A DNA stretch of 64,000 nt, taken from positions 34,720,001-34,784,000 of the forward strand of contig NC_047022.1 in assembly GCF_902652985.1 (NCBI RefSeq), read 5' to 3'. The stretch comes from Pecten maximus (lineage: Eukaryota). Under the pieces are notes generated by a model. It was given only the letters and a program-made list of their open reading frames with translations. It did not search any database and was not told the origin of the DNA. Both the position numbers and the translations under genes were made by a program. Positions 39,691 to 53,545 of this stretch are shown here, one piece after another. The number at the start of each line of letters is the position of its first letter. Position 1 is the stretch's first letter.

Positions 39691-40517
39691 TTTGCATTAT
39701 GGGATAGCATGGGGGTGAATTAGTGTATCACGAGCCGAGGCCGAGCACAAGTCATTTTTCTACAACAATTCGAGTTGCTGTAAGTCGACGATGTTCAGTT
39801 ATCAGGGGGTGATTTTGTGAAGCCCGCCCTCAAGCGGAACTATTCACGTTCCAGAGACATGCTTTAATTTTGTGATATTTTTGATACATACAACACGAAA
39901 ACATAACTGGTTTCAAAAATATAAATTTCATAACAAATTTCAGGTGATTTTTTGTCTAATCGTGACTTTTTTGTAACCGCAGTGACGATCACTGGACTCG
40001 CATTTTTCACCCGAGCCCATACTTAGGGCAGACATCCTGGGAACCGAGACCAAGCTGTAAGGGTATTACCAGTGAATGATACATTCATGTAATTACTTGA
40101 TTATGGTGTTGGTTTTAAATGTTTTGTTGGGTAATAACAATAATACTGATTGATAATAATAACAACAAACACTAGTATGATATAATCGGATTTTAATTAA
40201 AATTCATACTGAAAATTTTAGATGATCTAACAAAACGTAATAGGATAGGCAACGGTTAGAGTACAGTACGTTTTAAAGAAAAAATATATAAATTGAAAGA
40301 AAACTTTGCGGAAATACTATGTGTTATGTTCAGGACATCTTAAAGAAAACATTTCCTAAGATAAACGGCTACGCTCCAATTTTGAAAAAAAACGTAAGTG
40401 GGATTAGGCTTTAAAAATGAAACCAACTACAGCAGCAGCACAAATCCATCATACAGGTGATGACCATTGCATGGGTAGTATCATTACAAGAAGTATATGG
40501 TAACGAGGTATATACTT

Positions 40518-40750
40518 TTTGTTTGGTTTGTTTTGTTTAACGTCCTATTAACAGCCAGTGTCATTTAAGGACGTGCCAGGGTTTGGAGGTGGAGGAAAGC
40601 CGGAGTACCCGGAGAAAAACCACCGGCCCACGGTCAGTACCTGGCAACTTCCCCACGTACAAAATGTAAGTTTTAAACTCGCAACCCAGAGGTGGAGGGC
40701 TAGTGATAAAGTGTCGGGATACCTTAACCATTCGTCCACCGCGGCCCCAT
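40518..40750 (-). mobile_element. SINE family B, full length
   Basis: Minus strand begins ggggccgcggtggacgaatggttaagg (tRNA-like) and ends in the AAACC tail; 11-bp TSD ggtatatactt (40507-40517 / 40751-40761). Confidence 0.9.
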
Positions 40751-40935
40751 GGTATATACTTGATGGGTATTACTAATATAAGCAGAAGGTTCAGTTAACG
40801 TATCCTTCCACATCATATATTTAGTAAAACTATTATAGAGCATTTTTTTATAGTTTGTATTTAATTGACTTTTATTAGAGACACTGTTTTAGAGACTTGT
40901 ACTAATTAGTTTATAATGAGGTTCTTATAGTCGTT

Positions 40936-41617
40936 TTAAAGCCGCATTCTCCCAAATAACCTAAAATTCTAGTTACACACATGTATTAATGGCAACTTAA
41001 GATGCTGATTCACGCTCTCCTAACATTGAAATGACCGTGGACTGGACGCCTGAACGGGGAGAATCCTTGCGACATCAGTGTACAAAAAAACTTGCCGCTT
41101 TTATTCATATCGCCAGATTTTTCATAGAGCCGAGAACGAGGCTACAACAACGTACACTAAACATAAACTACACACATGGCCATTGTTTACATATCGAGTA
41201 TACGTGAACTTTCCTAATAATGCTTTCATATCAACATATTAACGTCCGGCAAAATCGGAATTCGAGTCTGTTCCTTTTTCTTCACTTGGTAAGTTCCAAC
41301 GAATCAATTCTTCTCGTAATGAAATCCTGTGGTTTTGCCGATTCGAATCCCTTTTACGTTTCTTTTTGGCAGAATCTGTCTGCGTTTTGGCAGGCTTTCG
41401 GCGTTCCGCAATTATTTTGTTGATTTTTAACCCGCCCGTTGCGTTGTGGGACCAAGTTATTATTTTTGAGAATTTCCCTTATACTTTCATAAATACACAT
41501 TTTCCTGCAGTTTTTGATTCGCAATGATTTGTTAGTTATATATTAAGTCTGAAATCTGTGAAGAGTTCAAAATTTGAACATTTATATATATATTTCTTTG
41601 GGAGTATGGGGCTTTAA
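40936..41617. mobile_element. Non-autonomous DNA element with TTAAAG...CTTTAA ends
   Basis: ttaaagccgcattctcccaaa / tttgggagtatggggctttaa imperfect TIRs. Confidence 0.65.
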
Positions 41618-42122
41618 ATTTTTTAAATGCTTGACTTTTGCATTTTGTGTTAGGTAAACTGTTAATACAGAGACTTAAAACGTTATAGACAATATACATC
41701 ATATGGGGTTATGTTGGCGCATGTTGAAACCAACATATTGGAACAATTTTTCGGCATAACCTTATAATATTCTTTTGGCCCCGGATATGACGCGACAGAT
41801 GGCGTTACTGGTCAAGATGAAGTATGTGATTAGTTAATGTAGCGGTAAATGCAAAATGCAGATATGCCTTTAAAAACGAAACAAAGTTAAGATTGAATGC
41901 AAGCTGAATACGTGGATGCATCTTTTCAAATGACACATTAATAAATATTCCTGATTCAAATGCAGTCTTATTATTACCAAAAATGATTCAAACTGATATA
42001 ATCTTGTTATCCGTGCTGAAACGCATTAGGCCAAGTGGTTATAATTTATTTCACCAGCAGTTTGACATTATAACCACCAGCATTAAAACTATGCCGTTTA
42101 TCTTTTTTAAAGATATTTCTTG

Positions 42123-42925
42123 TTTCTGAATATGTTGGACGCCGTAATGTTCTGGTGCTACTGATATCAATAAATCTAAATAACGGCCGAAAGTTTATTC
42201 TGTAATACTCGTAACATTAAAAGGATATCGGAAAATAAATACCCACAATATACATAGTCATAAACATTAAAAAAAAAATACCATTATTTCATTTTCTGAA
42301 ACATTGTTCACGGTTCAATGTTATGACACATTTAGAAGAAGGGCGTTTGATATGATTATGTCGTTGATAGGTATAGCCCCAGGAATAGATAACTAATGAC
42401 TCTAGCCCGGGTTATCTCCTAAATCAGTCGGTACATCACATACACCAATGTGTGTCCGTTCAGATTAAAATGAATGTGCTATTTTTGTTATATGATATAT
42501 ACATGTAGATATGCTGAGGTCTGAAGCCGACATATTGGAACAATTTTCTGAATACGTCAGATGCCGTAATATTCTGATCCTAATTATATCAATAAATCTA
42601 AATAACTCGTAATATAAATAGGATATCAAAATCAATAAGTATCCTCAATAGACATAGTCTTAAATATTTGAAAAAATATCTCATTATTTTCTTTTCTGAA
42701 GCAGTGTTCTCGGTTCAGTGTCTTGATCAATTAGAAGAAGGGCGTGTGATATGATTATGTCCGTTATAGGTATAGCCCCAAGGTTGGGTGACAAATGACT
42801 CTAGCCCGGGTTATCTTCTAAATCAGTTGGTACATCACGTACGCCAATGTATGTCGGTTCAGATTAAATCTACGTAAGGTCGTCACACTGAATGTGCTAT
42901 TTTTGTTCTAATATATATAGATATG
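42123..42925. repeat. Local tandem duplication of ~420 bp
   Basis: 42123-42500 and 42544-42925 are colinear (e.g. ttagaagaagggcgt, aatgactctagcccgggttatct, tgaatgtgctatttttgtt). Confidence 0.85.
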
Positions 42926-43126
42926 ATGAGCTTGCGACTTCAAATACTCCCAGTATCCCATGACCTTATTTTACAATTTTATTATTTCCAAACTTAGCCA
43001 TTAAATCCATTACAGTAAATGAGTGGGTTACACGATTACCAAATTGACCAGTAACGTTAATGTGAAAATAATTATTACTTATTATAACCAAGATTTTGAA
43101 TAATCTGAAAGTTATTGATCTTTATC

Positions 43127-43320
43127 ACAAGATTTGAGTAATCATAGCCACTTTTTTATTTTAAACTGATCGTGAGTGTACCAAATTTTACCAATATATA
43201 TTTACATTTTTACATGTTTCGGTTTTTTATGTCATTTTGTCTCTTGCCCATTTTGCTCGTATTTTTAATCACTTGTTTGGCCCTTATGACCTTTATAGTG
43301 TTGATGGGCCGTTAAGCACT
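43127..43320 (+). repeat. Dispersed repeat, probable LINE 3' UTR fragment (copy 2)
   Basis: Matches 4330-4525. Confidence 0.75.
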
Positions 43321-44384
43321 TTATCCAACTAAGTAATTATAACAGATATTTCCTATTTATATATTATGAAATATACATTGCGATAGCTGGCGTTAGATGT
43401 GATTCTTATAAAACATATCGAGTAATCTTGCTACATGTATAAATTCAGTGTGAATTTTTCAATAAAATCCTAACAATAATAATATTAGCCATTACCCTCC
43501 TCAGCTGAGCAGTTCTGTACATTTTCTTTAATTGATATCATTATCAATACATTAAACATTATAAAAGCCACATTATAGTATTCGACTCGTTCCAGTGAAG
43601 ATGATGTTACCATATGAACTACAATGTACCTAACGACTTATGTGTTCTGTCTCACCGGGCCTTGTCCCTCATCTAGATTACTTAAAACGCTGGTTGATAG
43701 GTGTCCATAAATACATATTTATCTAAATCAGAGGAAGAAAAGCCCTGTAGGTATATACCAGATGATAACATATGTTGTCTACGATGTTACTGTGATGGAA
43801 TCACTTTTGACTATTGTTTCTAAGATACCAATCAAAAAAGGGTCATTTCTAAGCTGGAGGCAAACGTAGGATGAATTAAACATTACTCAAGGACAAAGAT
43901 GATGGTTTCATAATGTTACCTCTATGAAATGCTTATTCGATATAATTTCCGCACCGCATATGTTTGATTACTTATGTGCATTAAAACCTTATCATAAAAT
44001 ATGGTTTTGCAATTAATTCGTTTTGATATAAGCTTTTTACCTTTTAACATTTTTATTTGAGTTTTATTTTTTCTTTCCTTGAACGTCCTTGAAAATTGAA
44101 GTTTGGTCCTAAATGACCATGACATTGTCGATGGGCCTGAAAATAAAATTAGGTTTACCGTCTTTGTGAAAATCCATGATATTTGATATATATGATCACA
44201 TTATTGAATCATGCTATATACATTATTTAATCTTGCTTGTAACAAGTATTTTCATTGGCTTACACAGTTGTGAAAATTTCTTAGAGAAAACATTTGGTCA
44301 ATAAAAGTGAATTTCCACAGCAGATTGAATTATCAGAATTAACTTGATTTGTATATGTTATTGAATGTACACTTTTCTTGTTTT

Positions 44385-44540
44385 TATTTGTTTAACGTCC
44401 TATTAACCGTCAAGGTCATTTAAAGGCGGCCTCCCGTGCGTGCGATATACATACGTGTGGTGAGTATGTATGCATGTTTTTGGAGTCTGCGGTATGTTGG
44501 TGTGAAGTCTCCTTGTGATAGGCCGGGACTTTTACCGAAA
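44385..44540 (-). mobile_element. SINE family A 3' fragment
   Basis: Reverse complement of the tail and 3' body. Confidence 0.8.
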
Positions 44541-44799
44541 GGAACATAAAAATATCAAAGTCAATCCGTTAGACATATCAATATAAACGGTTATTGTAAT
44601 ATTCGTTATTGTTTTTGCATTGCTTTTATGGACAGTTGGAGCCATTTAGGGTCAAACAGTACCAGAAAAATAGGTTTGTTGGGTACGGCATATTCATTCA
44701 TAAATGGTTATTTATATACGGGAACATTACCTTTCCAAGAAACTAGTGTCGACGTAATGATTATATGACATAATTAATGGTGGATGAATGGAATGGTAA

Positions 44800-47060
44800 G
44801 ACGTAATATAAGGAAAAGTGACAGACTTAAAAAAAATAATGTTTGATAATAATTCAGAGTCCAATAAGAATAAATACAAGCATATGAGGAATAAAGTAAA
44901 TAATATGATAAAGAGGGCTAAAGAAATATTCCATGAAAACATTAACACAGTTATAGACAATAGTAATAACAACCCAAAAGTGTATTGGAAACTTCTAGGA
45001 AACCTTATCAGAGGTAAACAAAAAAACAAAAAAACCACAGATATATCTCCCCTACTTGATAGTACTACAAATGAAATTATATATGACAACAATAGGAAAT
45101 GTGAACTGTTGAATAAATATTTTAGCTCTGTGTGTACTCTGTCAGAAAATGTCATAGATAAAGAATTGCCCTTTTTTGAAAAGAGGACAGATTCTATTTT
45201 ATCAGAAATTCATATAGTTTCCAGTGAAGTTGAAGACATTATAAACATTCTAGATGTTTAAAAGGCGTCAGGTCCTGACGGTATTAGCCACAGAATGCTA
45301 AAATTACTCTCAAGTGAAATTTCTATACCACTTTCTTTTATATTCAATTATTCTTTGTCGTCCTGTATATTTCCTGAGAGCTGGAAAATTGCTCATGTCA
45401 TGCCTATATTTAAGGCCAATGACGCAAGCATTGTCTCTAATTACAGACCTATCTCGCTTAAGTTGTATAGGTAAACTTTTTGAGCGTGTAGTATATAAGT
45501 ATATCTACATTTTTTTAATCGAAAAAGACCTTATTTATAAGTATCAGTCTGGATTCCTACCAAATCACTCCACAACACAACAACTTATTGAAATATATCA
45601 TTCAATCATTTCTTCCATAAAAAAATATGAACATTCTATCTTAATTTTTTGTGATTTTTCTAAGGCATTTGTCCGCGTGTGGCATAAAGGCCTCTTACAT
45701 AAACTCGACAATTATGGTTTCTCTGGACCTCTTCTTCGTTGGGTGGTTACATGTAGTTATCTTTCAAAAAGAAAACAAGCCGTATTTATCAATGATTCAT
45801 TTTCCCCTCTTAAGCCTATAAATACTGGTGTCCCCCAAGAGTCAGTTCTTGGTCCACTTTTCTTTCTTCTATACATAAATAATATTTCCTGTAATCTTTC
45901 ATCTTTATCTAGGCTTTTCGCTGACGATACCTCTCTATCCTACGCGTCATATGACCTCAACCTTATTGAGACGGAGGCTAAACGCGACTTATTAAAACTT
46001 GAAATTTGGTCCAATGAATGTCCTTTAATCCTAATAAAACCGAGGCCCTCGTAATATCAACTAGATAACTTCCTTTTGTTCCGTCCTTTACATTCGACAA
46101 AACCCCGATTAAAATAACAAACCACCATAAACATTCTTTCTGATGATTGTAAGTGGAACATACACGTAGAATCTATAGTAAATAAGGTGACTAAATATAT
46201 AGCCACCCTCCGTAAATTAAAACTTATCTTAGACAGGAACACATTAGAAAAAAATGTCCCTTACCTATATACGACCATTACTTGAATATGCATGTGAAGT
46301 ATGGGACAACTGCGGTACAACAAACTCATTGTTATTAGAAAAGATAAATCTAGAGGCCGCAAGAATAGTCACAGGGCTGCCCATATTCACAAAACAGAGT
46401 TCTTATACATGTATCTAGAAACCGGTTGGTTACCTCTTTCGAAGAGAAGAGATGCTCGGAAACTTTCCTTATTCTATTCTATAGTCAATAATCTGGCACC
46501 TACTTTTCTTATCGACCTACTACTAATGTATATTGGCAACATAGCTCCTTATAATTTACGAAATGCAGATTTATTTAGGGAACAACACTTTCGTCTACAA
46601 CTATCAAAAACTCTTTCTTTCCTTCTACTTCAAAACTGTGGAATGACTTAAATAACACTATCAGAAACTCGCCTACTTTAAGTTCCTTCAAATCTAATCT
46701 AAAACGATATATGACAGTAAACAGTATATATGACAAGCATTTTATCAGTTATGGTCCTATATTCTACATAACTGAATAAGAAATCGAACAGGTGCACTAA
46801 GCTATGATATTTTTAGAGCCAATCTCGTTGATTTACCTGCTTGTCAATGTGGACATCCCTGTGAAGATTCCCATAATGTTTTCCTTAACTCTCCCCTGTA
46901 CAACAACTTAAGAGGAACTCTTATTGCTGATTTAACCTGGTACGGTCCTGTTAATGTAGGTATACTTTGCAATGATGACAGGAATATCTCCTCAGCTGAC
47001 AATATAAAAATCGCTAAAGTTGTGCAAAACGTCTTGAGAAGGTCGGAAAGATTCGACTAA
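44800..47060 (+). pseudogene. 5'-truncated decayed CR1/L2-group LINE ORF2 (reverse transcriptase)
   Basis: KASGPDGI, FPESWKIAHVMPIFK, NYRPIS, QSGF, FCDFSKAF, GVPQESVLGP, LFADD, EYACEVWD and a C-terminal CQCG motif; several frameshifts and stops. Confidence 0.93.
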
Positions 47061-49301
47061 TTATCACTTCCTAACCCCCCCCCCCCCCCCCCCTTCTTTT
47101 CATGCCATTTTCCTATAATAAAAAAAAAACAATCCAAAATGCTCTAGTAAGATTATAAAATCATTTAAACACAAACAGGATACAGTAGATAAAAGGTATT
47201 GTTGATGAATGGTATTATACACTGTACATGTATTTTTTCTATCATGTTATCACATGGTTTTGTTGCTCATGATAAAAAAACGTAATCGGTAAGAAAAAAA
47301 CAGTTTACAGTTTTGTATGACTAAAATAAGAAGTAGAATTACTATTATAATCAAAGTAATTATAAAAGAGCAATATAAGGCGATTGTTATGCATTCAAAG
47401 TAGTATTTATTGAAGTATTATTGGATAAATACATATGTTGATGTTGGGAGATTTTGACATAGGGACAGTCTCCATGTAAACGAACTAAAACAGCATTGAT
47501 ACGTTCACGTCGACAGGATTCAACATAAAAAGGGGGAAATAACTCTGGTTAGATGATGAATGACTAAGGCCAGATTTTGTTTGTAGCAAAACCCAGTTTA
47601 ATTGACAAAAAGTGTCAAAACTGTCATAGTCTGTAATAACTGGCATCATCGTCCACTTACGTCCCAGTTACATCTTTATTACATTTGATTGAGTAGGTTG
47701 TTTAAATCTGATAGTTTTCGCTCGATTTATGGATGTTTATAATGGTGTATGATGTTAATTATATCATTAAACATTTCATACAATAAAAAACACAGCGATA
47801 TGTCAGTTGACATACAGAGGATACCAAAGCACAGGAAGACACGGCAGTGTGGAAAGAAAGGAAAGATTTCAGATCCCAATTGTTAATTTGGGACAGAAGT
47901 CCCATTTTGGTCTCTTCAATGTCTCCTTAAAGATACACCGAAGTAAAAAAAAAAAAAGAGAAGCATTCTTCCGTTGAGCACTTTTAGTTGCTTTCTACGA
48001 TCATCATGGCGCGGGGAACAGCAGACCTTATTTGCGGGCTCTCCGAAACCCCCTGATTAGAATACAACGTATATATTTATGTATATAATGTTGATATGAT
48101 ACACACATTTATAGGTTCAATTTGTTTTTATTTAAATGTTAAAAAAGAAACGATATCTTATTATTTTCCAAGGCAACCATTGAGACGCCACCACTAAGAG
48201 TCTCCGCATGATGGATGGAGCAAGATGATACCATTGTTAACCTTTGTACAGACAAACAATTCATCAGTTCACAATTAGAGTTTTTCCATGCAATAAACAT
48301 TTCATTTGTTTACTTTGATTCGTTTTAAGCTAAGAAGATTTTACATAAGCCACACACGCTTACACAGCCTCAGATCCTACTAAACAGGTAATCAGTGACT
48401 AATGTGTTTTTATGTTAATGACATCGTTCACACGAGCCGCTATAGTTCCTTATCAATATTCCAAAAAGAATAGGTAGAAACTGTGACCGAATTCGACAAT
48501 CGAAAAGAAGAAGAAAGAAGACATTAGTCTGAGGCGATTTCAGTATAGATTAAATCACAGAATATTTTCAAATGATTCTTTTTTACACCGTTTGAAACTT
48601 GTTGAGTCAAATTGAAACTTCTGTAGTGTTCAACAGCAAACATCTCTGTTCAGAATGTACACAGAATGTACACTAGTTGCTAAATCTTTGAAGGCAGTTA
48701 AACAGTGATTGATTCCATATTTTCCAGAACTAAGCTTGAAAATGTTATTTTTGGCAGTGTCAAAGAAAACCTTATCGAATGTCATTATTGTTTTGATTAA
48801 GAGGTATATATACTCATCTAAGTTCATGAGCTGATTTTTGACTTAAAGAGTGTTTAAAGATTGGATCATGGATTACGATACAGCAGAAAAGATTTGATAA
48901 GTAAGAAATAAGGTATATTTTGTAACCAAATAGGTGATGTGAAAATGAATTATTTTAAAAGTGTAATGTATAACTAGTCTTATGTTTACGTACCTGGTGG
49001 TATTTTTATCAGATTTTGGGAATTTATCAGTGGTGTCTTAAATGTATAAAGTTAAGTCATTGATAATATTCATGCAGAGCTAGGACACATTTCTTGAAGA
49101 TGCTTATCTAATCATAAATTTTAAAATTTCTAATTTTCATTTTATTTGATTTATTTCCATGAATTTCAATAAAGATGTCTCTGAGCTCCTCTTATGTGCC
49201 CTCTAGCTTGTGATTCTGACTCCTGATTAACAACCACACATCTACACGCTGATTCCTTGAGTGGGCTAGCCTGTTGAGTGTTATGAGACATTAACAAGTT
49301 C

Positions 49302-49404
49302 AGCGGACTGAAGTTAGCAGCGGGTTCGTTATTCGTTATTGGGGATTCGAATAACGAATCCACTGCCAGCAGGATAACGAATCCGCTGCTAACTTCAGTC
49401 CGCT
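49302..49404. mobile_element. 103-bp mini-MITE / hairpin element
   Basis: ~31-bp TIR agcggactgaagttagcagcgggttcgttat; flanks aacaagttc / aagaagttc (8/9 TSD). Confidence 0.75.
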
Positions 49405-50910
49405 AAGAAGTTCATTATACAATTATGACTATTGTTAATAGCGCAAACAAAGTGGAACATAGCAGATATTTGGATACATGCTTGATTCTCGGCTTGCTAG
49501 TGTTATAAAGTTATGCCACATGTATCTGTAAGTGTTAACCTGTAAATCGGTGTATATTTTTTGTAACAAGGTTTATGTTGTAACAGTTGCCCCCTAACAT
49601 CAATACAATTGATACCTCAAATTCAGGTTTTTGAAATGGTAATACAATAGTCTTAGATTATAGTGCTGTGTTCATTTTATTATTAGCAAATACATAATTG
49701 AGTACCAAAGTTGATGGACCTCATTTGACATTTAATGTCCGGGGACTGTTGGATATTTGATTGATACAAAACAGCAATGATATTCTATTCTGAAAAAAAA
49801 CGGCTAAAAGGGCTAGAGATATAATCAACCTCGACCCTCTTTTGACCTACAGGTGTGCTATTTTAGATTCGGGGTCAGTAGGTGTCTCGATTTGCTACAG
49901 TTATTATACTTTCATTATATGGCGAGCAATTGTAGGGAAATGATGATTCATCGTTGTATTTGAATCATCTAGATTTCTATACGTGTCTGAATCGGGTGAA
50001 TGGCTAATTATGGTTTTTAGATTGCTATTCGGTAGTATTCGATTGCTGTTGCGACACCATACTGATCTTGTTTACGAAAGAGTGCATCGGCTATTTTTTC
50101 TGTTGAACGTTACTTTCGTATATTTTTATATCTGGGTCAATGTTAATGTATTACTGTTTACTTTAATTTCCAAACCTTAAGGAAGGACTTCGGTTACTTA
50201 CATAAAATTGAATACCTGTTCACGTTATGGAACCTTAACATATGGAAACGTAAAATGTGGTTAAGGCGCTTCATGATTAACTGTAGTTTAATAACTCATG
50301 ATATCATATAATACTAACACCTAAGACCAATTGATGCCATATGAATATGAAGCGGTTTTATACAAAAATGTCCTACAAAAACAAGTAAAATACATTTCGT
50401 GATAATCATTTCGTTACCGACAGTAGTAACAGAAGACTTTTACACGAGAGTTCCTGGAATATATAATTAATCAAACTAGTATGTCAATTCAATTAAAACG
50501 ATCGTTATATATTGTGATAATAACCCTTGAACAGGAACTCTTAATTAAATATTACTAGTATGAGATCATCCATATATTACATGGCCAGTGTACGTTACTC
50601 TGTGATCCGTTACCAATGGCAACATTCCTTGCATTTTAAACATCTTTAAACAGGACACAACTTAACTTCTAGACATGAATATCATGAATTAATATCTATA
50701 ATGATAACCTAAATGTGGCTGCCTTGGAGTAGATGTATCTACAGTGTGTCAGGTTTTTATCGGGACCCCGGGGACTCATGGTTCAATACGCATACCAGGT
50801 ATCCAGTTATGGGTGAATGACCAGAGTTTCAGCATTCACTGGTCGTAACAAAAGCGAAATAAAAGCGATGCCAACTTTAGAATGCAGTGATTGTGTTAAA
50901 GGTGTCAGAC

Positions 50911-51001
50911 ATGGCCACTGCAGCAGATATTTTCGTGTTCTTAGCATTGGGTACATGCCTGTCTTCGTCTGTGTTGGGATTCGCCAAGAATGGTGTTGTA
51001 G
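50911..51001 (+). CDS. Candidate alternative first coding exon 1c of carbonic anhydrase (MATAADIFVFLALGTCLSSSVLGFAKNGVV-G)
   Basis: Good Kozak context (gacATGg), signal-peptide-like sequence with VLG cleavage, phase-1 AG|GTCAGT donor; in frame with exon 55140. Confidence 0.7.
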
Positions 51002-51841
51002 GTCAGTAGATTTTTATATATTTACCTAATCATTCGTATTTAGTTATATATTTGTTTGTTTTTGGTAATATGTTATGTATGTTGGTTTCAAGAGCTTGTT
51101 TAGGTATCAAAAAAATCCAAACATACAGTCATGTGTTGTTACTAATCACCGCTTCGCTCAGAATACCAAGGTATTTCATGGCGAACAAAACGGCGTTGGA
51201 TTTTATATTAATTTTGTCATGAATTTTTCATCAATGTGAACTGCTCACTTGTAACTAATTATTTTCTACGTTAGGTTAAGATATTTCACATTCATAATAA
51301 CGCTTTTACAAGGAATCCGTATTGTAGCCGATTGGAGTATTGGATATATATATATACTTGTCTGACAATGCAGATGAGTGTCACGCTAATTAATGTGAGG
51401 GTTAACACTACCCAGCCTAAGGATGTTGTTCCTATTGGCTGACTTATAATTTGAAACATTTTGTCTTTATAACTTGAGAACAAATTCACACAAACGACGT
51501 GTATCAATTTTTTTTACTTTTGACCTTTAAAATAATGCTATATTCGGCAAAACATGTATGAAGCTGTACAAAAACTTAAACACTCGGTAGTTAAAGTTAC
51601 ATCTTTATAGGCGTCCTTTCTTTAGCATAAACAAGGCTTATACCTTACGGCATCCTTAAACCATTATCCTAATACATCCATTACATAATAACGGTATTTG
51701 GAGAACAAGTAAAAGTTTACTTATTTAAATATGCCTAGACGGGTTATTTCTTAATTTCTGTTGACCCTCAATAATTGTGTTTATCTAAGTTTTGAATAGT
51801 TTTGCCGATAAAATCTTTGGTATGACGATTTCTTTTGTTGT

Positions 51842-52185
51842 TTATAACATAATAACACAAGTGGATATTCGTCTTCGACTTGGGTTGTTGTGTATATAAC
51901 ATACTAGTACAAAATAGTATTTGTTTCGACTTGGATTGTTATATATATATATTAACATATTAGTACAATGGATATTCGTCTTCGATTTGGGTTGTTGCGT
52001 ACATACCATATTAGTACAAAATAGTATTCGTGTTTGACTTGGGTTGTTGTGTATATAACATATTAGTACAAAGTAGTATTTGTTTCGACTTGGGTTGTTA
52101 TATGTATACATGTAACATATTAGTACAAAATAGTATTCGTCTTCTACTTGGGTTGTTGTATATATAACATATTAGTACATAATGG
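51842..52185. repeat. ~55-60-bp tandem repeat (tataacatattagtacaaaatagtattcgtcttcgacttgggttgttg)
   Basis: About 6 copies. Confidence 0.9.
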
Positions 52186-52419
52186 TATACCTCTCCGACT
52201 TCTTAACCTGTCCGTCCATTATGCAACTTCCAAACGAATATGTCCGGTATCCGATAATTACCTCGGCGTTTAAGAATCTACTTTAGTCGTGCTATGAAGA
52301 AACCTAAGGCAATAGCATATATATAACACGAGCAAGACAGGTGATTGTGTTCTGATAAGTCACGGTCCGATGCCTCTTGTAGGGGCAGCAGAGAGTTAAT
52401 TTTTGTAATAGGAAGGAGT

Positions 52420-52510
52420 AATGAAAAATACCATGTCTAAGCCGGGATTCGAACTAGCAATCGTTCGCTCTCAAGGCCACTAAGCTAAAGGGAAATTCCC
52501 ACTAGTCTGC
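52420..52510 (-). mobile_element. tRNA-derived SINE head fragment
   Basis: Minus strand tagcttagtgg (A box) ... gttcgaatcccggc (B box), without a complete cloverleaf. Confidence 0.5.
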
Positions 52511-53144
52511 GATAGTAAAGTGGACTTATGTTCTCTACTTTTACAAATCTATTTAAGATATACCTTGAATTTGAACAATAGTTTTTACCGCTGGCCAAGT
52601 GCTAGTTTTAAAAACCTAATGTGATAAGCTCTCACCTACCTGCCCTAAACCAATATCTGTATTTTTATCTAAACTTTGTCCTTACATTAACTTGTCTTAA
52701 AAACCTGTATATCAATTAGAATCGCATTCAATAATTACCGGCGTGTATTAACTGAATGATACCTGATGTATTAACAACATTCTCAAAGGACCCTGTGTTA
52801 CACTTTATCTCAGTGTTAAACTGACGTATCAAACGAACGGATTATTGAATGGAAAAACCGATAGACAGGTACGCTAAATATAGTATGGAAACGATTTAGA
52901 CCGGTATGTCGCATCCTCTCATATACCTTTATGTTGTTATTGTTGCTGATCCGATATATTCTGTCTTTATTCTTCGTTTGTTTATGTTTTGTTGCGATTA
53001 TAGTCATTTATTGAACGGATGTCGCTAAAAAACGAAAGTAACATGCTGGTGTTGCACTCTCTGGTCGTCCAGTAGCCTGATAACAGTATAGCTGTGCGCA
53101 CCGACCGTCTTTGATACATGTACATTGCACTGGGTATCAAACTC

Positions 53145-53545
53145 GATTGTTTTCCAATTAGACAGATAGATATGACATGTTTTCTAATAAGACGGATATT
53201 TTTATGGCATGTTTTCTGAATAGACATAGTTATAATAAAAGTTTTCTAATTAGACAGATAGTTATGGCATGTTTTAAGACAGATAGTTATGTATGACAAG
53301 TTTTCTAAATAGACATATAGTTATAATATGGTGTCTTACATGGCAGATAGTTATGAAGTTTTCTAATAAAACATATAGTTATGGCATGTTATATGAAATG
53401 ACATATAGTTATAATATGTTTTCTAATTAGACTGATAGTTGGGACATGTTTTCTAATTAGACAGATAGCAATGACATGTTTTCTAATAAGATATATAGTT
53501 ATGACATGTTTTCTAATAAGACAGATAGTTATAACATGTTTTTAG
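53145..53545. repeat. ~30-bp degenerate tandem repeat (ttttctaataagacagatagttatgacatg)
   Basis: About 13 diverged copies. Confidence 0.88.

Noticed and set aside
40690-40750. tRNA gene candidates (also 29305-29370, 52420-52510)
   Set aside because: These are SINE heads; none forms a complete cloverleaf
44818-46651. Reverse transcriptase as an active or novel RT system
   Set aside because: Ordinary 5'-truncated LINE with multiple frameshifts, stops and altered motifs
48200-48390. Segment ending in CAG|GTAATC as another CA coding first exon
   Set aside because: A stop codon lies immediately before the donor in the required frame; at most a non-coding exon, which I cannot support
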